Below, piece after piece: positions 11,986-22,600 of a DNA stretch of 64,000 bases. The first letter of the stretch is position 1, and each line of letters opens with the position of its first letter. The translations under genes were made by a program, and so were the position numbers. The DNA is taken from assembly GCA_965649765.1 (NCBI GenBank), contig OZ287752.1, positions 11,966,001 to 12,030,000 of the forward strand, given 5' to 3'. This stretch comes from Bispira polyomma. Taxonomy: Eukaryota. A model generated the notes under the pieces. It did not search any database. It was not told the DNA's origin and worked only from the letters and a program-made list of their open reading frames with translations.

Positions 11986-13205
11986 TCAGTTTAGTGATGC
12001 TCTTACTTCCATTAATATTTCACCAAGTCTGTTTTTACCTTTCCACTTAGCATTGTCCCAGATATCCTTGTCCTGTAGAGATAGTCCCACCCCACAATAC
12101 GAGTCTCTTGGATTTGCTTCAATTAAGGTTGATTGGCCTGTGTTCTTCAGAAAAGCAGCGAGTTCAGGATTCTGTGTGAATTTTGCATCAATTCCTAACT
12201 TCATATATCCGTCACACACTTTATTCCATTCAGCACTGTTGAAATTTTCTACCTTGTGACCTAGTTTCTTGGCAGTCACCGGGTCATCCGTGCCTAAGAT
12301 TGAAGTAGCTGTCACCTCATCATTGAAGTATTTTGACTTTCTGAACATAAAATGTTGTTCAGCAGAATCAAATTGCAGGCCATCCTTCATGAAGGATGAT
12401 GGATAGTGGTTGGAAAGAATTGAGTGCTTGGTGAAAAAGGCTACAAAATTTCCACTCTTAATTGTTGTCAAGGTATTTGGTTTCAATTCATCATGTAGTT
12501 TATCCAACTCTTTACTGGTGTACTGCTTACCGTTTAAAACTAGCTTATCGAAATTCAACCTTGCTTTGTACTTGCCATTTGAAGTATAAGCTGCTTGTAG
12601 GACAGGAATAAAGTTTTGGCGTTGCTTTCTCACCTCAGATGGAAAATCCTCTGTGATAAAAATTTTGGAATGTTTAAACTTTTCCTTTTCCATCAGCACT
12701 TTTTGACGATCTTTGAAGTGATGAAATTTGACAATGATAGGGCTATCTTTCTGACCAGTAATCCAGAGTCTGTGAGCGCGTTCAATGTCTCTAGGTTGGA
12801 GTACAATACTATGTTTGGAACACAAATTAATGATTAAGTCCTCACAATTCTCAGGTGCTCCTGTTGGGGTTGACTTCTTGATACCAAAAATCTTCAAGTT
12901 ATTCCTTCTTGACCTTCCTTCCATTGAGAGAAGTCTTTCTTCTAACTCATTGATTTTATCTTCATAAGTTTGTAATTTGGCACTCATCATCTTGTTCTTG
13001 GACTCCATATGATTCAGTTTTTCTGTAAGTAGCGTAATTTGATGAACTTGCTCAGAAGTAAATTTTACAGTCTGCTTGACTTGGTCCAAGGGGAAACTAA
13101 CTCATAGTCTCTTTTCAACTGTTTGCTTATTACTCCATTGGTAGTACTAGTTTTGCTGGTGCTTCCACGATTTCCAGCACCCTTATTACTGTCTTTATTA
13201 GGCAT
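11986..13205 (-). CDS. LINE ORF1p: coiled coil, L1-type RRM and CTD, plus C-terminal NADAR (YbiA-like) domain; frameshift or deletion near 13090
   Basis: Likely ATG at 13205 (MPNKDSNKG..KRDYELVSP); RSRRNNLKIFGI, IERAHRL, PIIVKF, ITEDFP; NADAR motifs LSNHYPS, SAEQHFM..K, AKKLG, AKFTQNPEL..L..TG, EANPRDSYCGVG, GKNRLGEILMEVR. Confidence 0.88.
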
Positions 13206-13880
13206 TTTCAATGGTGTTCTGCACTCTATTTGGGATTATTACTGTACCAAGTCTTTATTCAATAAGCATATATATATTATTCTGTTGTGTTATCCTTTTC
13301 TTATGTAACTATAAGACTTGTTTGTTACATTCAGTTGGTATTTCTTATCCTTTTAATCCTTTAAACTGTAACCCCTGTTTGTTATGACACAAGGCATACC
13401 AAACACAATATCACATCTGTTGAAAAATGTACTTGATAAATGTGTTGAAAAGTGTACCTGATGAACCATAACATTCAAATTTACAAAGATCCATTTATTG
13501 TGCTGAAGAAATACCAGGTAGCACTCCACAATATTGATAGACAGGTTCACACCCTCCACAGGTTCAATCAACAGAACACTAGTACATTTCTTTAAATCAA
13601 ATTATCAAGCCAATTTGTGTCATATATGGAATCTGCTGTACACCTCTACTGTATATTCAATATGGCTTGCATATAAATCATCCCAAATCATCAAACTTTT
13701 TGCCTCTAATTTAAGCTGTAATATAGCTTATTTTATTTACTTTTAGTACCAGGGTAATCTATGCACATTTAAAAATCACATTATCTAAAAATAATAGTCA
13801 ATCCTCTTCAATTTCCCACATAAAATCTTATAGACTCCCACAGCTAAAAAATTCACATGTCTCTCTCAGACCTCTCCCAG

Positions 13881-15525
13881 TCCTGGTTAAATTTGACGTG
13901 GTGCGCGCATTTAGAAACCTGCATGTCAACCCTGCGTACGCAATGAAATTAGTAATTTTTTGGCAAGATAAATACTATGTAGACCCTGCTATTGCATTTG
14001 GCTGGGTACATGGAAGCACAGCGTTTCAGCGTTGTATGGACGCCATAACCTCTTACATGTGTGGCCAGGGTTTTAATCATGAAGCAAGTTTCAATCAATA
14101 CTAAGCAGATTATTATATGTCTACAAATGTGTGCATCCAGCACGTATGTTCGTTAATAGACTTCTAGCTTCCTTTTTGGTGCACCACACTAGTAAACGCT
14201 TTAAGGTTACAAATGATATGAAGAGCGATTTGAAATGGTTTATAAAATTTCCGAAGAAATTCAATGGAATTATTTACATTGACCATGACGTTATACATTT
14301 CTCTGATGAGTTACATTTGGATTCCTGTTTAACAGGTTTTGGGGGCATATGGAAAAACGAGGTATATGCTACCCCTTTTCATGACTTATTCGATTGAAAA
14401 CATACAATCGTTCATTTGGAAATGCTTAACATAATTATCGCTTTGAAAATTTGGGCTGAGCAATGGAGATACAAAAGAGTAAGCATCAACTGTGATAACA
14501 TGGCTGTGGTTCTGGTGGTTGAATCACAGAAAACTAAAGATAATTTTCTAGCTTTATGTTTGAGGAATTGTTACGGTCACGGGAGCAAGTGCGGTAGCAA
14601 TTACCGGTTGCTTTCAATTTGTAACAGGAAAACACAAAAAGTTTCACTTAATAAATTTATTTAAGAATTAAAATAACAATTACAGTCAACTGAGATACTC
14701 TTAATAGTTTATACAATAATATAATAAGAAAACCAATCTGACCTGACCAAGCTCCTGTCCCTATAACTAACAGTTAAACAAGTTTGTCCACTGTATCCAG
14801 CAATCTGTATTGAGATGAGTTTGGTGCCCACTAACACACAATGCCTGTATCTTGTTATCTGTTCAGTGTCCACAAACACAAAATGTATATATCCAGAGAT
14901 TCTGCACAACTAAGCTATCCATTCCAGGATGCAAACAATATCAAATATGTAGCAGTGCCACTCTCGGGTAAATCTTTAACTTTATATCCAGTTTACTCCA
15001 ATGAGTTTACCACAAAACGTATATAATAACCAGTATATATCCACTTGACACAGAAATAAAGTGTTTCACAATATAGCAGTCCGCATAGCATACCAACTCA
15101 ACAAATTCTAGTCTGTGGCCAGGCTTTCAACCCTTATATATACTAGACCTATAGAAGGCTCTAGAGTATGTAAACAACAGCTACCAGAAGACTTTGGAAT
15201 TAAATGCAAACAGGTCAACACAACTCCAATAAAAACACTACACAGAACCAGCTTCCAGAAGCTTAGGGGTTTTCCCCAATCTATAAATAGATCACTTTAG
15301 CACAGTGCTATTAAATGTAACAGGAATATTTAGCTGATTACAGCAACATATGATGTAATTTTGAATATTAAGCATATCCCAGGTAAAAATAATACCATTG
15401 CTGACACACTCTCTAGGATTTATTCAGAGAAAGGTGCTATTAGGGAGTTGTTACAACCAATTATGAAGAATATTGACTGGAAACCAGTTCCGTTGGAATT
15501 TTTAAAACTAGATTTTTATATATAA
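13881..15525 (+). pseudogene. RT and RNase H remainder of YR element 1, split by a solo LTR
   Basis: AFGWVHGSTAFQR, HLDSCLTGFGG, HLEMLNI, NCDNMAVV, HIPGKNNTIADTLSR. Confidence 0.85.
14569..15322. mobile_element. Solo LTR (754 bp), BEL/Pao- or Gypsy-like
   Basis: TGTTAC...GTAACA termini; perfect 5-bp TSD GGAAT (14564-14568, 15323-15327); removal restores the RNase H frame CLRN/I. Confidence 0.9.
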
Positions 15526-15531
15526 TTGCAG

Positions 15532-16430
15532 GTTCTACTGGGATCTCTCAGCAGTTCATGGATTCAGCCTGGACACGAATTCACTTTTCGTTAAGGCCTA
15601 AGATAAACTTAGCTCATAATAGACAGTTTAAAAAAAGTTTTTTTAGTTTTCTAAAATTCGCTGGCATTGACAAGATTAGTGTTCATGTAGTCATTGCATT
15701 TCTTGAATATTTGGTACAGAACCAAATTTCTCCGGGAGCCATAAAAAATTATATGGCGGCCCTCAGATTTGTAGCCAATAAATATCAATGTGATCTGTCA
15801 CCATTTATCCACAATTCGGTATCACTTTCTATAAGAAGTTTGTCAACTTCAGGCCAAAACCTAAGGGAATCTTTACAATTCACCAATTGGCAAAAATATC
15901 ACAGGCATGTGAGATCCTGGATGACCCCATTTTATATAGAAAAATTTTTCTTCTAGGATTTTTGAGACTTTCAAATATTTCACCCCATGCTAGAGTGGCG
16001 TTTGATCCCTCTGGGCATTTCTTGAGGCAGGATGTGGTTTTTGGCCATCCTGGGTCCCTCATTATCCTTAAGTGGGCCAATAACCTACAAAATACAACAT
16101 ATACACATCTTATTCAAATACCAGTCTTAAATAACTGTGTCCAGTTACTGCTATTCCTACACTGCTTACGTCTAGGATTGTTTTCCCCACAGCACCACTT
16201 TTTGCAAGTAGCAGTCCCCCTTATCACATTGTGGTGAACTCCCACGTCAGGACAGCCTTGGAAAGAATCTTAAACCACATTGGCTTACAATACAGTTCAC
16301 ATGGCTTCCACACCTTTAGAAGGTCAGGAGCCACTTTTGCCTTCAATAACAATGTTTCCTTACAGAATATCATGACCCATGGTCTCTGGAGATCATCAGC
16401 CGTTGGATATATCTCCAGATATATCTCCAG
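15532..16430 (+). pseudogene. Tyrosine recombinase of YR element 1 (frameshifted)
   Basis: FLEYLVQN..NYMAALRF; GFLRLSN (catalytic R); HGFHTFRRSGA (HxxR); HGLWRSSAVGY. Confidence 0.9.
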
Positions 16431-16963
16431 TGGTACCACTTGCTTTTGCCTCCTCCATTCCCTCCTCCCTTGAGTTTTGCTTGGGTCCTAAAAATTTGGT
16501 AAAAAGTCTACAAATTTTAAGGTTTTACTATTTTTAATATAAATATAGAAATGTATATATGAAACTAATATGTAAAATAAAAGCTCAAATGGAATGTTTT
16601 ACTACCTTCTTCATTAAATACTTCATAAACTTTATCATTCTTGGCCTGAACTTTATTTGACCTTATACATCTGACCTTTCAACTTGGGGACTGTAGTGAG
16701 CAAGGTTACTTTAGGAACCTGCTACTTTAGTCCACAACACCTTTATCTTATTTCTACCTTAAAAATTTAACATCACAACACCTTATTTTAATACCATCTG
16801 TCTATCCTAGGTATAAGCCAATCAGAGGGCTGAAAATTCCCACCTTTCTAAGTTTCAGTATGTTCAGACATCCATATTGCATTATCAGACTCAAGCAGCA
16901 AGTTGCAATGTTAAGTCATAATTGATAAAAAATTCTTTTGTTATAATCTGTTTTGGAAACTTG

Positions 16964-17095
16964 GAGCCCAGACTCTGTGTGGAGGATTCTGTTTACTAAA
17001 CCCCTTCTGAGTTCACGCTAGGGACCAGAGTTGAATAGGAACCCTGGTAAGCAGAATCCTCTGCTAGGCGATTTGGTGCCCTAGGTGTCGGGCTC
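16964..17095 (+). ncRNA. Conserved structured RNA element between A2 and B2 of YR element 1
   Basis: Closing stem GAGCCC/GGGCTC; 18-bp stem 16979-16996/17047-17064; homologues at 59660-59795 and 38275-38361 (-), with compensatory changes in the former. Confidence 0.8.
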
Positions 17096-18409
17096 ACCAA
17101 ACTTCAAGACAGAAAGCGCAAACACAAAACAAAATTATTGTGTTATTTCAAAAGTTTAACCGAGATGAGTTTTCTGAATTTCTGTGTGCTACAATAGGAT
17201 TTCTTCAAGATCTTCAGGTTTATGGGCAGTTTAAGCCGACTCTGTATGGTAGTACAGGTCAGAATGTTGTCAGTTTATGGCAAAATTATGGTGTGTGTTT
17301 GTAGCCAGGGTTAAAACCCTAATGGTATATGACAAATGGATACTGTTTATAATTTGTTTGTGGGTGCAGTTGGCCCTGATGAATCATATTTTATAGTAAC
17401 CAGTTTACGTAAGGTACTATTGTTTATGGCTAGTCGTAATTTTGTGACTGTAAAGAAAGTATCTAGTCAGTATTATATTGAACTTATTTTGATATGATGA
17501 TTGTTGGATAATATGATTGGTTTAATATTCTGCATGGATGGGATATTATATGAAGTTACTCCTGTTTATAGGCTTGTCCTATTTATGTAACTGAAGGTTA
17601 AAACATTAAATTTTTAATAGGTTTTTAATATTAGTGTTGTATTAAGATTTATTGTTAGGCTTATGCAATGCTTGGCTATTGTATACGACCTGGTTGGGTC
17701 CTAAAAATTTGATAAGAAATCTACAAATTTTAAGGCTTTGCTGTTTTTATCCTAAATGTAGAAATGTATTTATGAAACTAACATGTAAAATAATAGGTCA
17801 AATGGAATCTTTTACTACCTTCTTCATTAAATACTTCATAAACTTTATCATACTTGGTCTGAACTTTATTTGACCTTATACATCTGACCTTTCAACTTGG
17901 GGACTGCAGCATAACTCACTATGCTTGGGTATGTTATTGTTATATTAGACAGTATTATAATGACAAAAAAAGGTTATTAGAGACAATGTTACTTTCCTCA
18001 CAAAGATCTTCTATTTGATTGAATATAATATATCTAAGTCACTTTTATTTTGAATTGTATTACAGTTAAAACCATTTACTCATGAATTATAACTTAAATA
18101 GAGGTTAGAAGGAGTTTAAGTTTCAGTCATTCCATTACTATAGTCTTGGTCTATTAATACTTGCTCTGTCTTCAAACACAAATCTTTAGCCAAAAGGGAC
18201 TATAAACATATACTCATGCGTGTTACTTAATTAAATAAAATTATTTGACTTGGAGGTTTAGTAGCATGAAGGTTTATCATTAGATCAGTTCATTTCAAAA
18301 TTGGTTAGCCCTGTGACAAAGCGCTACAACTATTATTATTTCTACTAATAAACTATACTCAGAGTAAAGAAAATATCAAGTATTAATTTATTTGCAGTCC
18401 TAACATTTA

Positions 18410-18849
18410 TGGGGTGTTCGTCTGTTTGTTCCGAGGTTTGATTACCAAGTTACACCTCGTGAATAACGCCACGAACAGTCACAATCTCGTAATCATGGCT
18501 CAGAATTAGAAAGCTCTCAGAGTACTCCCAATCTGTGGCCTTGACCAAAAACACTGACAAAATGGGCTGCCAGTGAATATGGTTTTATGAGATTTACATG
18601 GCGTTTTATTGCAACAGAGATTTTTTATTAAATACTATCAACATAAATCTCCCAAATAATTCAATTAAATTCAACAGGCTTAACTTTTTCTTCATATTTA
18701 CTATAATTTAACTTTATGAATATTTAAGACCACGTGGAAATAGAGAAATTCATGCCTTGTGTGTTTACAAACACACAAACGTTAACTGTTGGTGATCATG
18801 AGCTAACCAGTCGTAATTACCACAATCACGAGTGTGCTCGAATGCCCCA
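18410..18849. mobile_element. PIF/Harbinger-like MITE
   Basis: TIRs TGGGGTGTTCG / CGAATGCCCCA; TTA TSD; absent from the paralogous site TAACATTTAGCCAAACC at 37572. Confidence 0.85.
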
Positions 18850-18962
18850 TTAGCCAAACCAATATTTCCTGACAAACATTTATTTAGTCCAGTGTATTCC
18901 CCAAACAAACTAACCTAGGAGTAGTAGTATTACAAGTTGAAAGTTTATTTGATGTATAAGCC

Positions 18963-19217
18963 CCGGGGCCTGTATTCACTAAAGTTCTCATACTTAGAAT
19001 AAGAATCATTCTTATACTTAGAATAAGAATCATACTTGTACTTAAAAAATTTACTGTGTTAAGAATATTGTTATTCTTATTTTTAGAATAAGAATTTTCT
19101 TAACTGAGAATTGTGAAAAGCAATACATAAGAATGCTACAGGCCGTATTCACTACAGTTCTTTTAAATAAAATACGAATTTTTGGTGTTCACTGAAGTTC
19201 TTATACTTAGAAAAATT
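18963..19217. mobile_element. Truncated MITE-like insertion
   Basis: Starts GGGGCCTGTATTCACTAAAG with internal ATACTTAGAATAAGAATC repeats; absent in units 2 and 3. Confidence 0.6.
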
Positions 19218-19802
19218 CTGGAACACTCAGCTTACATTATTTCAGATAAATAGCTCCAATGTTAAATTTTGAAGGGAATGATTTTGTATGTCCTCTGTAC
19301 TATATAATATACATAGTTATACTGTGTTGCTGTTTTCTTTGTAGTCCAATATTCTTCTAGTAAGCTTCATGCACTTCAAGTGTCCTTTAAATTGGTTCAT
19401 AAATTTCATAATAAACAATAATATGACATCTAATAAATGTTGTATTATTGCATTAAATATTTCAGGATAATTTTGATATACCCTGAACAATGATATGACA
19501 TTTCACAAATGTTGTATTATTGCTTGAAATATATCAGGATTATTTTTAATATACCCTAATCTTTATGTGTACAACCCACAAGATCTCCATGTGTGGGAAA
19601 GTACCCCAAGGTCACTTGAATTAGTTCCCAGTAAAATGTCTCACTTCTACCGTACTTGCCTCTGTTCACTTAATGTGAACTAGAAAGTACATAACTCTTG
19701 GAAGTATTTAAACACCAGTATTGACTACAGTAAACTCTGACAGTGGATTTGTGTATGTTATATATTTAATATTGTTGTGTTCAGGCAACACTTTGTCTAA
19801 AT

Positions 19803-19839
19803 ATGTTGGTATCATTTGCGGAAGTTTGTATTATAACAG
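19803..19839 (+). CDS. Leader (signal peptide) exon, unit 1: MLVSFAEVCIIT-G
   Basis: ATG...ACAG|GTATGT phase-1 donor; conserved at 43440 and 61658. Confidence 0.75.
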
Positions 19840-20388
19840 GTATGTGTTTTGAGTATTTACATGTTACATTAATGGAAGGTTATTAAATGACATATGGTAT
19901 CATACGCACAGAATATGTGTGCATGAATTTGTATGCAACAATTTGTGTACTCTACATCAATCTCATTTTCAACTGGATATTGTAAGTTTGTAATTAGAAT
20001 TTGTATCCTGCATATATTGGGATTATGCAGATTTATTTTTAGGCAGTAAATTTACGTTATTAATATTGGATACTTGTAATAACATGTAACTATTTTGTCA
20101 GTCATTTTAGATGCATGTTATATATTTTGTATCCCAGGATGATTAATTCAAAGTTAAGCCATTTGTACCTGAGTTTTCCTAGTCCAGTCGATTGTTAAAA
20201 ACTTAGTTTCTGGAAACTTAATAATTTTCATTTATCTTAAGTGTTAAGAGGGTGAACTAAGTGATATTATAATTAAAAATGTTGATTCTTTTACTGCAAC
20301 AGCCGTTAAATTCCCTTTAAGCTAAGTGTATTTGTTTCAAGCATTATTTTGGATAAATAATTATGAAGTCAAGATTGTTCAGTTGTAG

Positions 20389-20757
20389 GTCTATTCCAGA
20401 CTGTACAGACTGCTGTGAGTGTGTCCTTGTATACAAACTTCCCAAATTCTGATGATGGTTTCTATGTACTACATGGACATAACATAACACTGGAATGTTC
20501 ATTTAGTTCTGCTGTAGAGATTTATTGGACTATTAATGAGGACACACTTTTCCTGTATGTCAGTACTACTGGCAGAAGTTTTATAGGACGAGGTTTTGAA
20601 AACAAAATTTTAAGAAATGAATCCACAGTTACCACTCAAATCCTAGTCCTTGTTATAGATAAAGCTTCAGATGAAAAAAGCCGTTTTACCTGTTCTGTGA
20701 AAAACTCACCCATTCAACAAGCAGAAACTGGGAGTTTGGAATTGACGGAAATATATG
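20389..20757 (+). CDS. V-type Ig domain exon, unit 1 (open frame)
   Basis: TAG acceptor and GT donor, phase 1-1; ITLEC, IYW, DEKSRFTC Ig motifs. Confidence 0.85.
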
Positions 20758-21759
20758 GTAATGTATGATAGATCTGATATATAACACAAAAGGTACTTTG
20801 TTTTCTACATATATCAACGATAATTCTATTGAAATCCAATAACCTATGTTAAAAGGACTGTCATTATATCCCAAGTGGTTGGATTGATACTTTGAGCATT
20901 TCTTCTATATTATAGAATGTGGTTATAATTTTATGCATGATGAACTAGCAATACATTGTGAAATCTGTGTAGTGTAGAATATATATCAATTTGACAGCCA
21001 TATGGCCTTTCACACCAGATTTACAAAGGCCCTTAACCAAGATTTGGGGAATAACAATAGAATCTTCAATATATCTGTTCTTCAATTGAATAATCCAATT
21101 AAATCGTCAGCAGTTGTGACAATGACAGTGACCAATTTGGAGCTAAAAGCGAGCGTGCCAGATTATCTCTTTTATTAGGATTGTTTTCTGATGTCGGAGG
21201 CATGCCTCTTTCTAAACTATCAGAGTTATTCTTTGTACTTTTGCAGTGTTTTATTTTCTTTTAATCCCAATTTAACAATCACATTGCTAGGTTTTGAATT
21301 CAGTGTTTAATATTTAAAGAGGTTTAAAATCCGATGACGTCATTACTGAGCCAATTAAGTATATATGCAATACTTGACAAGTTTAACTGTGATAAAGCAT
21401 GGACATTACGGTCCACAAAATGCCCTGTCGACCATTTTGTATCACTATTATATACCAGAATTAATTTACCTAAGTTAACAATTTTTCTAGTTATGTCATT
21501 CACAGTGTAAAAGAAAATCGGAAATTCAGTAAATAGGGAGTTGCAAATCGCTTTACAGAATAATGCCAAATATGAATTTTTTGTAGCGACCAAGTACTAC
21601 TACTCAACATCTTTTGTTCTGGAAGGGCTATGTAAGTGATACATAAGTATAGAACTGACACTCAGTTTCATGTTCAATTTTGTGCCCTTTTGGTAGAACG
21701 TACATGTGGTGTTTTTTTTTCTTGTAATGTTTTTTGCCGCCATTGTATGTGCTCCCTAC

Positions 21760-22600
21760 ATATTATATATATTGGTAAAATGGCGACTGTTCTTGCGACT
21801 TCGGGTCTCGGAGCTTTAGGAAATATAACACATAAGTTTATCTAGCTATAAGAAACGATTTGACATGTGTGTAACTCCTATTCTTGACTACAGCTCTGCA
21901 TCTTGGGGATATATAAGTTCAAGCACAATTAATTTCATGCAAAAGCAATGAAATTTTACCTGGGCTTGCATAAACTGTCGCTAAATGATGCAGTTTATGG
22001 GCACCTAAACTGGTTAGGCAGCGAAAACCGGAGAAAATTACAAGTACTTAAAATCTGGAATAAATTATGTATGTTAAATAAAACATGTATAATGTACAAA
22101 GTTTTTAAATAGGATTTCAATTTAAAAAGACGATATTAATGGCGTGGTGCAGTTGGAAAAGTTCTAGAAAAATAAATATGCACTCAAAATTTATAAACCT
22201 CTCAACAGTTGACCTTGATATATGTAAAACACTTCTGTCATCACTTGTTGAAAAACAATGGGCCAAAAACGTAAAATGTAGTTTTATAAACTGAGAAACT
22301 ATTCCTCTTTCAAACATTCACCTGGGCTAGAACAATATGTCTATGAAATATCAGACCGAAAAGAAAGAGCAGTTATAGAAAAACTGCGTTCCAGAACTCT
22401 CCAACTAGAAATTGAGTAGGGCCGTTGGAGAAACGTTTAACCTGAAGATAGAATCTGTAAACTGTGTGATCAAAATGTTGAAGATAAAATTCACTTTGTT
22501 TTTTACTGTACCTACCACAAAACTGAGAAACTTGCATTCTCTCAGAAAATGAATGCCCAATACATTGAATGAAACTCTCTTGAAAATACAAAAAAGTTTG
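21760..22600 (+). mobile_element. Decayed 3' fragment of a non-LTR retrotransposon
   Basis: PILDYSSASWG and LEIE*GRW..DRICKLC..VEDKIHF; similar to the element at 50.7-53.7 kb. Confidence 0.7.

Larger units (their letters stand above)
6455..13877 (-). mobile_element. Full-length L1/Tx1-like LINE (~7.4 kb) inserted in the RT of YR element 1
   Basis: Poly(A) tail as T-run 6455-6463; 5' end GGGAGAGG; diverged TSD CAGTCCTATTTAAAGT (6438-6453) vs CAGTCCTGGTTAAATT (13878-13893); ORF1, ~1.5-kb spacer, ORF2. Confidence 0.93.
3262..17906 (+). mobile_element. YR retrotransposon 1 (Ngaro/PAT-type split direct repeats), decayed, with three nested insertions
   Basis: A1 3262-3456 matches A2 16696-16897; B1 16481-16693 matches B2 17694-17906 (order A1-ORFs-B1-A2-spacer-B2); gag, RT, RNase H and YR remnants; empty paralogous site near 37075-37100. 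Confidence 0.93.

Noticed and set aside
16964-17095. Assignment of the conserved RNA to hairpin, HDV-like or hammerhead ribozyme classes
   Set aside because: AGAN/UGUC beside the closing stem resembles hairpin loop A and GGCGA resembles HDV J4/2, but loop B, the nested pseudoknot and the CUGANGA/GAAA core are absent
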